IMG/VR virus record: IMGVR_UViG_3300033074_000309
Length of the DNA stretch: 64,000 nt
Strand: one strand, 5' to 3'
DNA from: an uncultured virus (IMG/VR IMGVR_UViG_3300033074_000309)
Taxonomy: Duplodnaviria; Heunggongvirae; Uroviricota; Caudoviricetes
The notes under the pieces are model-generated. The model saw nothing but the letters and a program-made list of their open reading frames with translations. It was not told where the DNA came from and did no database searches. The position numbers and the translations under genes are program-made. Below, piece after piece: positions 10,634 through 20,317 of the stretch; within the stretch, counting starts at the first letter, position 1; the number at the start of each line of letters is the position of its first letter.

Positions 10634-12673
10634 TTAGTATCTTAATTTATTATGTATATTTTTTTGAAAATATTTCTTACTAAAGAATGAATCCATCTCT
10701 AGTAATGTTTTAGGTTGAGTTGATTGTAAATGTATCTTATGCATTTCTTTAGATTGTAATATACATAACATCATAGCAATAACTCTATCTGTATTAGTTT
10801 CTCTATCATAAGCTATTAACTCTTTTAGAAGAGGAATAGATAAAATAGTGTTTAAGTTAAATGTTTTATTACCATCTGAATCTTGTCTTTCTTCATATAA
10901 CCATTGTTTAAGATAAATTTCACACTGATCTTTAATACCAGTAGCTCCACCTGATCCTCTGTTCATATGAATACCATATCCACGATTTACTCTAGAATCT
11001 TTAACTATATCTTTAATAATTTGAGGTTGTTCCCATAAATAGTGTAAACTATTCTTCATCTCAAAGTAACCTTTTAAACCTTTAAGTTGATTCTCATATA
11101 AAACTTTAGCATTGTAGTATATACACATACGTCTACAAGTTTCATAAAAATCATCAGCTCTTTCTGGTCTACCAGTAAACTCTGCAACAAACTGATCAGA
11201 CATTCTATCATAGATTAAAAATGAACCTAATGATTCACTACTCTCTGCTTTATCTTGATCATAAGGATCGACTCCTGCAATATATCTTCCATAAGGAGCA
11301 TGTTCTGATGGTTCATCCCATATAACAATACAACCTTTTTTATTTTTCTCTTTATTTAAAGGAAAATCAACTATATCTTCTAAATCTGGATTTAATTTAG
11401 ATTTAATATTACCAGCGTCATCAAAGTATAATTCTACTTTCTTTTTATTATTTCTTAGTGAAGGAGTAGTTTCTACTTTAGATAACCATTCATGCATTTC
11501 AATAGAACTAAATATAGCTCCAGAACTTCTTAAGAAGGATTCTGCTGGTGTTAATGGAAACTGTGTTATAGTATCTTTAATAGCTTGAGAATCACCTGTA
11601 GACTTCTTAATTTCTCTTAAATGCATAATTGATTCACGAGCAATATCTTCTAATGAGTTTCCATCATCATCAACCATTACTCTGTTATCATTTAAGTCTT
11701 CACCTAATCTACCTCTTGTAGCAGGAATAAACCAACCACAAGTAGTATTTTCTTTACCTTCATCCCAAACATTATTAAACTCTAAGAAGTTAAATACTCT
11801 AGGATTATAAAACATATAACCAAAATCTGCTGTCCCCGCTTCCATGTCCCCGCCTGTACCGAATACAATTGGAATACCAATCATATCATCTCCATCCTTC
11901 CAGCATGGTTCTGTAAGATTGAAAGACTCTTTTAGATTAGCAAACTTACCAGCTTCTTCAAATATGAATACACTTGTAGATTTACCAATAGATGCATATG
12001 GATTATCTTTGAATGTAATCTTCATTACTTCAGAGTTATAACCTTTCCATACTTTAACTCCATCTACATAAGATTCAAATCTAGCTTTAACTAACTCTTT
12101 AGTATCTGGATTACGTTGTTTACGCCATTCAGTGTGAGCATTTAAAAAGTTTAAATTATCAAGTACCATGTTCATGGTTTGATCTGCTAATTGTCCTAAA
12201 TAAGCTCCAATAACACATGTTGAATCTCTAAAGAAATTATATTCATGTGCTACAACTGCTGAATCTTTAAAACTAAATCCACCACGTCTAGGTTTAGAAA
12301 ATATTAAACCTTTCTTCTTAGCTCTTGCTACATCTACTAGATGGAAGAAATCATAATCTACATCTAGAAATCTAGGAAATCCTTTTCTCTTTCTACCAGT
12401 AGCTTTATCTTTTAATTTTATTTGTACATAGTTTAAGTAGAAATAATGTATACCAGTAATCCTAATACCTTTAGAATTAGTCATACCTTCTCTACATTTT
12501 CTATCTTCTTCTTTCCAGAATTCTAAATACTCTTGTGTACCTTTTAGTTTGTCTGTATATCTTTCTCTAGGTTTACCATTAACAAGTTCACTGAAGTAGA
12601 TTGCTCTCTCCCTAAACTCATCGGTATTACTAAACCATTCTACTGGTGGTACGTGCTGACAGTTAGATGGCAT
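10634..12673 (-). CDS. terL: Terminase large subunit
   Basis: ITG.HYFYLNY, KPRRGGFS (Walker A-like), FEEAGKF, FGTGG, YIAGVDPYD nuclease motif, N.DRV. Confidence 0.93.
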   Translation of the reverse strand: MPSNCQHVPPVEWFSNTDEFRERAIYFSELVNGKPRERYTDKLKGTQEYLEFWKEEDRKCREGMTNSKGIRITGIHYFYLNYVQIKLKDKATGRKRKGFPRFLDVDYDFFHLVDVARAKKKGLIFSKPRRGGFSFKDSAVVAHEYNFFRDSTCVIGAYLGQLADQTMNMVLDNLNFLNAHTEWRKQRNPDTKELVKARFESYVDGVKVWKGYNSEVMKITFKDNPYASIGKSTSVFIFEEAGKFANLKESFNLTEPCWKDGDDMIGIPIVFGTGGDMEAGTADFGYMFYNPRVFNFLEFNNVWDEGKENTTCGWFIPATRGRLGEDLNDNRVMVDDDGNSLEDIARESIMHLREIKKSTGDSQAIKDTITQFPLTPAESFLRSSGAIFSSIEMHEWLSKVETTPSLRNNKKKVELYFDDAGNIKSKLNPDLEDIVDFPLNKEKNKKGCIVIWDEPSEHAPYGRYIAGVDPYDQDKAESSESLGSFLIYDRMSDQFVAEFTGRPERADDFYETCRRMCIYYNAKVLYENQLKGLKGYFEMKNSLHYLWEQPQIIKDIVKDSRVNRGYGIHMNRGSGGATGIKDQCEIYLKQWLYEERQDSDGNKTFNLNTILSIPLLKELIAYDRETNTDRVIAMMLCILQSKEMHKIHLQSTQPKTLLEMDSFFSKKYFQKNIHNKLRY

Positions 12674-13205
12674 AGTTAAATGTATTATAAATTTTACTTA
12701 TTAAAGATTTAAATTCTTCTAATGATAAATTATTTTTAGCAGTATTACATTTAATACAACATGGTACACAGTTTTCTAATAAATATCCTTTTTCATTATT
12801 AACTCTATCTATTCCATTATATAATAATTTATCAGAATTTGTTTTTTTATAATATTTTTGTAAAGGTTCTATATTACAATAATTACAATTTCTTTTAGAT
12901 AATGATATTAATTCATCTTTTGTTAATTTAAATTCAAGATTTCTTTTTAAAGCTCCTCTTTTATATTTACTATATAGTCCATTTTCTAATGATATATTTT
13001 TACCTAAATAAATACCACATGTTCTACTACAACTTTTAGTATGCCCTCTTCTAACATTAACATCATCTTTTATACATTCTTTTCCACAATCACATTTAAA
13101 TAACCATTGTGAAACTTTTCCACTGATTCCTTCTCTATGACCATTATATTTTAGAGCTGTTAATTTGTTAAACTTATCTCCTTCTTTTAATTTGTGTTTT
13201 TGCAT
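12663..13205 (-). CDS. Free-standing HNH homing endonuclease
   Basis: W.FKCDCG..TKSC N-terminal module; CNYC, NGIDRVNNEKGY..ENCVPCC..CN.AK. Confidence 0.85.
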   Translation of the reverse strand: MQKHKLKEGDKFNKLTALKYNGHREGISGKVSQWLFKCDCGKECIKDDVNVRRGHTKSCSRTCGIYLGKNISLENGLYSKYKRGALKRNLEFKLTKDELISLSKRNCNYCNIEPLQKYYKKTNSDKLLYNGIDRVNNEKGYLLENCVPCCIKCNTAKNNLSLEEFKSLISKIYNTFNYAI

Positions 13206-13516
13206 TATTCTTCAAATAAACTATTTTCACTCTTACCTCTTCTAGAGATAGATTCTTTCTCTTCACGTTTTACTTTATCTTCTAACTTATCTAGTGATTC
13301 AATATTCTTACCTAAAAGTTCTCCAGCTTTTAAAACTGCTGTCATTACTTTTATTTTAAGTTCTACATCATCACCATACATATCAAAGTTAACTGATCTG
13401 TAGAATTTCTCTACCTCATATAAAGCACTTCTATAACTATCTAGAATTGCCATACTTACCGTTTTATTAGGATTAATGTCTATAGGTTCCTCTACCTTTG
13501 TTGTTTTCTTAGCCAT
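13205..13516 (-). CDS. Hypothetical protein, candidate terminase small subunit
   Basis: Helical 103 aa protein upstream of terL. Confidence 0.35.
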   Translation of the reverse strand: MAKKTTKVEEPIDINPNKTVSMAILDSYRSALYEVEKFYRSVNFDMYGDDVELKIKVMTAVLKAGELLGKNIESLDKLEDKVKREEKESISRRGKSENSLFEE

Positions 13517-13737
13517 TACTTACCTCTTAATAATTCAATCTTTGGAGTTTCATTTGTTATAATAGGAGATTTAGGTTTTTCTAAATACTCTAATAACGTA
13601 TTCTCTAAAAGTTCAATCCTTGTAGATAATGCTTTATTTCTAGCATCTAATTCCATTAAAGCTGAGCTTAAGCTGAACCCTTTGTCTAGTGTATGTCTTT
13701 CTATTATAGATTTCTCTTCGTAACTTTTTTCTTCCAT
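13516..13737 (-). CDS. Hypothetical protein
   Basis: Coupled stop/start with the downstream gene. Confidence 0.5.
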   Translation of the reverse strand: MEEKSYEEKSIIERHTLDKGFSLSSALMELDARNKALSTRIELLENTLLEYLEKPKSPIITNETPKIELLRGK

Positions 13738-13784
13738 AAATTGTTTCCCTTAATTCTGTTTCTTCATTTATTGTTTCTAGTTCA

Positions 13785-14105
13785 TTAGGATTTATTTCCC
13801 ACTCTTCTAGTTGTTCGTTGTTTTGAATTAGTTTTCTCATAGCTTATAGATTTAGCCATGAACCCTTTAACTTCCATAGGTCTTAGCAAAGCTGATAATT
13901 CTTCATAAGCTATATTAGCTTTATAGTATTTATCATTCTCTATAATAGTACAATACTTTTTAACAATATTACCTTTAGTATTAATATATTGTTCTATAAG
14001 TATGTTATCTAATTCAAACATTCTTTTATAGCAAACATCTTTCTTTATAACTTTATTAGTTGCAGATAAGACATCTCCACCATTAACTTCTATTTCCTTT
14101 CTCAT
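13785..14105 (-). CDS. Hypothetical protein
   Basis: 106 aa ORF in a co-oriented run. Confidence 0.5.
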   Translation of the reverse strand: MRKEIEVNGGDVLSATNKVIKKDVCYKRMFELDNILIEQYINTKGNIVKKYCTIIENDKYYKANIAYEELSALLRPMEVKGFMAKSISYEKTNSKQRTTRRVGNKS

Positions 14106-14111
14106 ATTATA

Positions 14112-14324
14112 TTATTTAATCCATTTATCTTTAGGACATTTACAATCAACACAACTAGTTTTAGCAGGTATAAAACAACCACATCCACCTAGTTCTTTAC
14201 TACAGAAGTTAGCTTTAAATATAGGACAGTCTGCACATACTTTAGCTCTTTCTTCAGCTAACTCTTTGTGATTACCTAATGCTAGATTACCCCAACCATT
14301 TATTATATCTTGTAGATTACTCAT
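14112..14324 (-). CDS. Small Cys-rich zinc-binding protein
   Basis: R...C..CP...C...GCGC...K......CP..KW. Confidence 0.65.
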   Translation of the reverse strand: MSNLQDIINGWGNLALGNHKELAEERAKVCADCPIFKANFCSKELGGCGCFIPAKTSCVDCKCPKDKWIK

Positions 14325-14514
14325 TCTTTAATTGTTTAACTCTATAAGGAGTAGGTTTAAATGTACCTATAAAGATTAGATTACATTCTTTATCACCTTT
14401 CTCTTTAACAGTATTAAAAGTTACTTTAAATTCTGATTTAACCATTCTACTAATATCAGCTCTAGGTATATCGTTAGTATTACAAAGTAAATCTATAACA
14501 TCTTCAATATCCAT
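14317..14514 (-). CDS. HU/IHF-like small DNA-binding protein
   Basis: Two helices followed by L.FIGTFK; crAss-like position. Confidence 0.5.
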   Translation of the reverse strand: MDIEDVIDLLCNTNDIPRADISRMVKSEFKVTFNTVKEKGDKECNLIFIGTFKPTPYRVKQLKNE

Positions 14515-14517
14515 ATC

Positions 14518-14835
14518 TTATAGTATAAAGTTAAATGTTAGTGTTGTTTGTGATGCTAATGCGATAATACTAGGATTAACACTTAGTGTCTTACCATCTT
14601 GTATTAGAATCTTCTTATCTTTTAGACGTTTAATATAATTGTTAGTACTGAACTTATCTCTGTCTAATACTTTACGTATTAAAAGTCTAGCAGAACTATC
14701 TACAACTGTTATTTTATTATTAAGCATAACAGCTAATACTTCAACTTCCTTTTCAGATAAACCTAATTTGAAGTTAAGTATAGTTAATACTGCTTTACAT
14801 AAACTTTCCTGTGTAACAGGTATTTTAAATTCCAT
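14518..14835 (-). CDS. Winged-helix (RepL-like) protein
   Basis: LSEKE..VL...NNYIKRLK.KKIL......VNP. Confidence 0.55.
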   Translation of the reverse strand: MEFKIPVTQESLCKAVLTILNFKLGLSEKEVEVLAVMLNNKITVVDSSARLLIRKVLDRDKFSTNNYIKRLKDKKILIQDGKTLSVNPSIIALASQTTLTFNFIL

Positions 14836-14864
14836 TATTCTTTCCTTTCTTTTAATTGTTTGTG

Positions 14865-14936
14865 AGCTCTCTTAGGGACTCAAACCCCATTCCTCCATAT
14901 TACAAGTATGGACATCATCATCAATGCTTAGAGAGC
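14865..14936 (-). tRNA. tRNA-Thr(TGT), degenerate T and D loops
   Basis: GCTCTCT/AGAGAGC acceptor; CCATA-CTTGTAA-TATGG anticodon arm; T loop is TTTGAGT instead of TTCGAGT. Confidence 0.7.
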
Positions 14937-14942
14937 TAATGT

Positions 14943-15101
14943 TTATAAGCTTGTAGAATCTGAAGTAACTTCAGGATCTTTTAAACCTTTTAGTAATAAT
15001 ACTAATTCATCTTCTACATAAGTTTTCAATCCTTCTCCAATAGAAGGGTTTTGAATAATTGTTAAATAAATGCTTAATCTTTCTTTTGTTTTTTCTGACA
15101 T
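14943..15101 (-). CDS. Small hypothetical protein (52 aa, MSEKTKERLS...)
   Basis: Read by eye; preceded by a promoter-like TTTG-N20-TATATTAAT at 15130-15162. Confidence 0.45.
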   Translation of the reverse strand: MSEKTKERLSIYLTIIQNPSIGEGLKTYVEDELVLLLKGLKDPEVTSDSTSL

Positions 15102-15184
15102 ATTATTAATATTTTATATTGTTATATATATTAATATAATATAATTTCTTATATTATCCAAATTTATTTTCACTTATTATATAA

Positions 15185-15512
15185 CAAGTGTTGTTATCTA
15201 CTAGACATAACTATACCCCTTCTAGTACTTTAAACCTTCTTGAGTTATAATCACTTATAACCGATATTAACTCTAAGTGTTTCATTGAATCAGTATTGAG
15301 CCTTACTATTACTAGTATCTGGTTGCTTTTCTCTGTTACTTCAGAAGGATACTTCTTACCTATTGAACCAGCTATTCAAATTCCCACATTATAGAGTCTG
15401 TTTCTAAGCTGAAGGGGACATCTCATTGTTTATTTAACAATTACAACCCTCCGTCTAATCCCATACTTCTTTAACCCTCTGGGATGATACACTAATTACT
15501 AGTGTGCTTATA
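15185..15512 (-). ncRNA. Candidate structured non-coding RNA
   Basis: No ORF; own promoter TTTG-N20-TATCTTTA (15516-15547); stems include CCCCTTC 15216-22 / GAAGGGG 15411-17. Confidence 0.4.
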
Positions 15513-15554
15513 CTGTAAAGATACGGATAATTTAGTTAATATCCAAATATTTTA

Positions 15555-15794
15555 CTAGTTATTTTCAATAAATTTTATGGCTAGAGGATCTATTTGTTTA
15601 ATATCTTCAGATATATTATCTACTCTCCAAGTATTAATTCCTTTAAATTTACTGAAATGAGCTTTAGATTCTTCTATCTGTTTAGCATATATCTCATTAG
15701 AGAACATCCTATAGAAGTCTAAAGGTTCTATCTCAGACCATTTAACTGCTTTCCTTAAAAGCCATTTAGATAGCTTAATCTTAATCCCTTTCAT
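15555..15794 (-). CDS. Hypothetical protein
   Basis: ORF track; co-oriented run. Confidence 0.45.
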   Translation of the reverse strand: MKGIKIKLSKWLLRKAVKWSEIEPLDFYRMFSNEIYAKQIEESKAHFSKFKGINTWRVDNISEDIKQIDPLAIKFIENN

Positions 15795-15999
15795 AATCCT
15801 CCATTCCTTCTATATATTTATAATACTTCTCTGCTTTCTCAAAATTAATCAAAGCATAGTTAATTTGTGGATCTAAGTCTTCAGGTTGTATTGAATCATT
15901 ATATCTCTTTCTAGTTACACCATCTTTTAAGTAGATACTACCATCAGGTAATATACCTCTAATTTCATGGTCTTTAAAATGTTTTGATTTTGTTTGCAT
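15781..15999 (-). CDS. Hypothetical protein
   Basis: ORF track; overlaps neighbour by 14 nt. Confidence 0.45.
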   Translation of the reverse strand: MQTKSKHFKDHEIRGILPDGSIYLKDGVTRKRYNDSIQPEDLDPQINYALINFEKAEKYYKYIEGMEDYERD

Positions 16000-16119
16000 A
16001 TTATTTTAATTCTTTTGTTATTACATTTACTTTTCTTACTAATATTGAACATTTCTTGTTTTTAAGGCTAGAATCTATCAATAAGTAATATTCATTTTTA
16101 AAAGCTTTAATTATATTTT

Positions 16120-16494
16120 TCATTTAATATTTAATTGTTGCATTAATTTAATTAATTCAGATTTGTTTTTAATGGTTCCTTGAAATACAAAGTCTGAATG
16201 ACAGTTATATATTTGAGCAAACTGATTATCAAACTGATAATATAGTTGAAATTCATTATTTGGATCTAACTCATTAAATATAAATGGTGTCATACCTCTT
16301 GTTTCACCATCTATCCACCCTAAACTTTCTATATCAAATTGATCTAAGTATTTAACTCTAATAAGTTCTTCATTATATTCTTTAGGTAGTATATCCTTAC
16401 AGGTATATCCAATATTTAAATTATTAATATTGCGATATTCAAATCCTACATGAAACTCTTCAATTGTAGGTGTGTAGTATAAGTTATTTTCCAT
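16120..16494 (-). CDS. Hypothetical phage protein
   Basis: YYTP.IEEFHVGFE...IRVKYLD..DIESLGW...F.G.IKNKSEL..LM resembles a Bacteroidota phage family. Confidence 0.6.
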   Translation of the reverse strand: MENNLYYTPTIEEFHVGFEYRNINNLNIGYTCKDILPKEYNEELIRVKYLDQFDIESLGWIDGETRGMTPFIFNELDPNNEFQLYYQFDNQFAQIYNCHSDFVFQGTIKNKSELIKLMQQLNIK

Positions 16495-16686
16495 TTGTTA
16501 TATAATAAGATTTAATTTTTGTTTTATCAAATTTAGGAATTTGTGGTTCATCAAATAATGGATTAAAAACCATACTCCAATTATTACCTAATGAATCTGT
16601 AAAATGAATCCATTTAATAGGTTTATCTTCCCAAAACTGTTGTTGTTCATATTCTTCATTCATATTACAAATATAAGTATTTATTT

Positions 16687-17040
16687 TTAATCTACCAAAT
16701 ATTTGTTTAAATATAATCTAGCACAACTATCAGCTGTGTTAGTAGTACCTAGTTTAGTAGTACCATAATAAGCAGTATATGTTTTATTGTTCATATCTAT
16801 AAGCATTTTAGTATTAGCTTCTTTTCTACCAATATTTAAATACAAGAAACCTTTCTTATGTTTAAAAGTTGTTCTAGTATATTTAACACCTTTTGGTAAA
16901 TCAATACCTCTCATAGATAAATCAAAGTTAAACATTCCTTCTATACCTGTTAGGAATACAAACTCTCTTCTTGGTTTAGAAGGTTTACTTAGAAGTTTCA
17001 TAACTTCTGTTATATTATCTATTGTTAATTTATTATACAT
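16687..17040 (-). CDS. Hypothetical protein
   Basis: ORF track; TATCTTTG promoter at 17067-17074 favours the ATG at 17040. Confidence 0.5.
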   Translation of the reverse strand: MYNKLTIDNITEVMKLLSKPSKPRREFVFLTGIEGMFNFDLSMRGIDLPKGVKYTRTTFKHKKGFLYLNIGRKEANTKMLIDMNNKTYTAYYGTTKLGTTNTADSCARLYLNKYLVD

Positions 17041-17257
17041 ATTGTTTTTCTTTAAATTATATAGCACAAAGATAATAATATTAGTTGGAATATAAAAATT
17101 TTTTTATAATTTTTTAAAAAATTTATTATGTGTATACTGAGGTGATTTTTAAAATTTTTTATATGTATAGACTTTTGATACACCCCCATCTAACACCCCC
17201 ACTAGACCTTGAGCGAGGGAAGCACCCTAGCCATCAACCTATTAAACCCCAGAAATC

Positions 17258-17584
17258 ATGGAACAAGCAACTAAACCTACAACTAGCTTAAAAGCAATGA
17301 GCATTAAAGACTTTGCTAAGTCTAAAGGATTTATACAGTTAGCACCTACAGTACGTATTAACACTAATGGTTATCCATTCATTACCTTCATTGATAGTAA
17401 TAATGTTGCAGAGAACATTTACTTCTCTAAGAGTGCTGCTGAACAAGTAGCAGAGGGTACACCTGTTGATAAAAGCTTATTAGCTAGACATCAGATTGGT
17501 ATTACTACTAATGCTGAAGGTGAAGAGCGTATTAAGCTTATCTCTAACAGTGAGAGAGTTGATTTATTCAGCTTACTAGACTAA
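17258..17584 (+). CDS. Hypothetical early protein
   Basis: First + strand gene after the strand switch; AGAAATCATG start context; followed by a hairpin. Confidence 0.65.
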   Translation: MEQATKPTTSLKAMSIKDFAKSKGFIQLAPTVRINTNGYPFITFIDSNNVAENIYFSKSAAEQVAEGTPVDKSLLARHQIGITTNAEGEERIKLISNSERVDLFSLLD

Positions 17585-17592
17585 AGTATTGT

Positions 17593-17626
17593 GTGCACTT
17601 AGCTTATGCTAGGTGTGCACTTTATT
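17593..17626 (+). terminator. Rho-independent terminator-like hairpin
   Basis: GTGCACTTAGC-TTAT-GCTAGGTGTGCAC followed by TTTATT. Confidence 0.5.
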
Positions 17627-17816
17627 ATTATTTAAATCAATTCAATTTAATCTAAATTAATTCAATTCAATCTATAAACAATTTAAACTACAAGTTATGA
17701 AACAATTATTCAACAAACTATTTGCAATTAGATATAATGAAATAGTACAATGTCCTGAAACACAAAGTATTACTACAACATTAATTGTTGGTGGTCATAC
17801 TATGGGGTTATAAAAT

Positions 17817-18733
17817 AATATCCTAGAGGCTCTATACGTAGGGAGATTCTGAAATCCGACTCTATACTATAGGATATTAAATGTGTAATTCAAGCTTACT
17901 AGTAGTGGCGGTGAGCTCTAGTAATCAGTTATAGCCTGATTTATTAAACTAACAACCTGTTACTAGGTTAATTACTTAGTAATCAGTAATTTAGAGTGTA
18001 TAACAGGTGTGTCTGTAGTGGACACTATACAACAACCAACCAATTCACCTATTTTCAACAATACTCAATATAATAAACATTATTATATAATATAGCATTA
18101 AATTAAAACTATTATCTAAAACATTAGACTCTAAGTACAACAATTGTTTATGTTCACACAGCCCTCGGCAGTAACATAACATACTCAATTGGATTCTAGT
18201 AGAGTCTAAACTTATTGTATTGTAACAAGGACCTGTGCAAGTATCAGGTATTACAATACAACCCATTACATCAATTAGTAATTCCACTGTAAATCATTGC
18301 ATCACAAACCCACTTCTTTGAAAGTGGTATATCCATTGGGTGTCAATGTTTGTGGGTTACTAATTGATTATCAATATTAAAATATAGGAAAGCTATAACG
18401 CAGTACGATATAACTAGTCAATCTGGTTATATTAGGAATGTTCCTATATTTTATATCTAGAGCAATAATGCTCATTATTAACAAGATGCAGAAATGTAAA
18501 AACGATTGGATTGCATAGTCACCAATATCACTGCTGTAAATTAAAGAGTCTGGTTGCTGGGATTGGAGAAAACCTTAAATAACCATCCATTATGTTAAAA
18601 ATTGAAGAGTATAAATTGCTAATACTCGTTCTAAGAAATTAGAATTATCGTAGTAAACATGTGAGCTATGAAGTCGTGCGGATGGAGCTATTAAACATGA
18701 ATCACTTTACTAGTTTATGTAGAAACTAGTTTT
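17817..18733 (+). ncRNA. Candidate long structured non-coding region (tandem large stem-loops)
   Basis: Five or more perfect 9-13 bp inverted repeats in series; no credible ORF; ends in an ACTAGTTT..AAACTAGT-TTTT hairpin. Confidence 0.4.
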
Positions 18734-18768
18734 TAAAATCTATTCAACAATCAATTAACCCTAATATT

Positions 18769-18978
18769 ATGCAAACTACACAAATTAAAACTAAAAGACC
18801 TAGAATTCAATCTAAACCATTACCAATATATACTGAAACTATTAATCAAAGATTATCTAAAGTATATAAAGAATTAGGTGTTAAAACTGAATATATTAAC
18901 AAACAAGTTAAACCAGTATTAACACATGATGAAAGAATGGATAAAATTAGACAAGATATGAATAAAATTATATCTTAA
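18769..18978 (+). CDS. Hypothetical protein
   Basis: ORF track; A-rich leader. Confidence 0.5.
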   Translation: MQTTQIKTKRPRIQSKPLPIYTETINQRLSKVYKELGVKTEYINKQVKPVLTHDERMDKIRQDMNKIIS

Positions 18979-19010
18979 TAAACATTATAAACCTATAAAC
19001 AACCCTACAA

Positions 19011-19217
19011 ATGAAAACAACTAAACAACAACTAAAGAAATTATTAGCTACATCATGGTTAACACTATTGAAATTAGCTAATACAACACATTTTCAATCA
19101 TTTTGGTATGATTATAATGGAAAAAATGAAGATATTATATTATCAATTGCTAATACTCCCTATGAAACTCATAGATTAGCAATGGAAGCAAAATTTAATG
19201 CTTTTATGTATAATTAA
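19011..19217 (+). CDS. Hypothetical protein
   Basis: ORF track; TATAAAC leader. Confidence 0.5.
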   Translation: MKTTKQQLKKLLATSWLTLLKLANTTHFQSFWYDYNGKNEDIILSIANTPYETHRLAMEAKFNAFMYN

Positions 19218-19345
19218 AAACAATATTAGTTTGAACATGATGGGGTTATGTTTAAATGGGGTGCTATAAGGGGTGATTAAGTTCATCCCTAATAGTATAA
19301 ATTATTAACTATAAACAATTATAAACAATCTAAAAACAAGAAATC

Positions 19346-19816
19346 ATGAAAAAAACAATCTATGGAGTATTAATAACTAGCTTAGTATTAATGTTCTCAC
19401 AACTATTTGCACAACAAGGTTTTGATACTAACTTATTAAAAACTAAAACACAATTAAAACAATTAGATAAAGGTAAAATCAAATTAGATTTATCTATCAT
19501 TGTTGATAATCAAATCATTGAAGATACAACATATCAAATGGATATTGTAAATTATAATACAGGTAAGTTAACATCATTTAATGTACCAAATAAAGTAATA
19601 TTGTATTTAGATTATTCAAATCAATATGAAATATCAGTATGTTATAAAAATACTAATACTAAAGCTATTATAGTTGATACAGATGCTCCATTTGATAATT
19701 ATTATATAATAACTGGAATATCATTAGTTTCAAATTCAAATAGTAGAATATTAGCTGGAGGAATAAAGTATGATAACATTAAAAACACATTTGTAAAATA
19801 TATAAATGGAAGATGA
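19346..19816 (+). CDS. Secreted/periplasmic beta-rich protein
   Basis: Sec-type signal peptide MKKTIYGVLITSLVLMFSQLFA-Q. Confidence 0.55.
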   Translation: MKKTIYGVLITSLVLMFSQLFAQQGFDTNLLKTKTQLKQLDKGKIKLDLSIIVDNQIIEDTTYQMDIVNYNTGKLTSFNVPNKVILYLDYSNQYEISVCYKNTNTKAIIVDTDAPFDNYYIITGISLVSNSNSRILAGGIKYDNIKNTFVKYINGR

Positions 19817-20317
19817 AATATGGAAAACAAAAAATAAAACAAACTTAAAGTATAAATAATGAGTAAAAACTCTCAAAGACAAACAATACCAGTATTTAAA
19901 GGTTGGTTAGGTGCTATTAGACCTAAATCAGATGTTTTACCACAAGTTGTAGCTGCTAAAGCTCCTGAAGTAAAACCAATGTATAAACGTCAATCTAAAT
20001 TTAGATAATATGTGGATATTAGCAATACTAGGAGGTATTGTTTTACTATATTTAATAGCTATTATTTATATTGTAATAACATTTAAGCCACCTGAAGATC
20101 CTTATGGAAAATAAACATTAATAATAAATTAATACAATTAGACAACAGAAGCTATTAAGTACACATACAAGATGATACAGCATCTTAGTACAAAGCTCGC
20201 AAAAACATCTCTAATTAGTTGATATTTATTATTGATAAGCTTACTACATGAGCTTTAAAACATGTATAAACTCAAATAAAATAAACTTATAAACAAACAA
20301 TTTAAAAATTAGAAATC

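Noticed and set aside
10634..12673. Inteins in terminase, PolB or RNR
   Set aside because: Lengths and motif spacing are normal; no C...HN-[CST] signatures seen.
18045..18287. 80-aa minus-strand ORF
   Set aside because: Antisense to the early region, atypical composition, and coincides with the inverted-repeat tract.
20178..20196. AAGATG-ATACAG-CATCTT as another CAGCAA module
   Set aside because: It reads CAGCAT, part of which is in the stem; the stem+3+CWGCAA geometry is absent.
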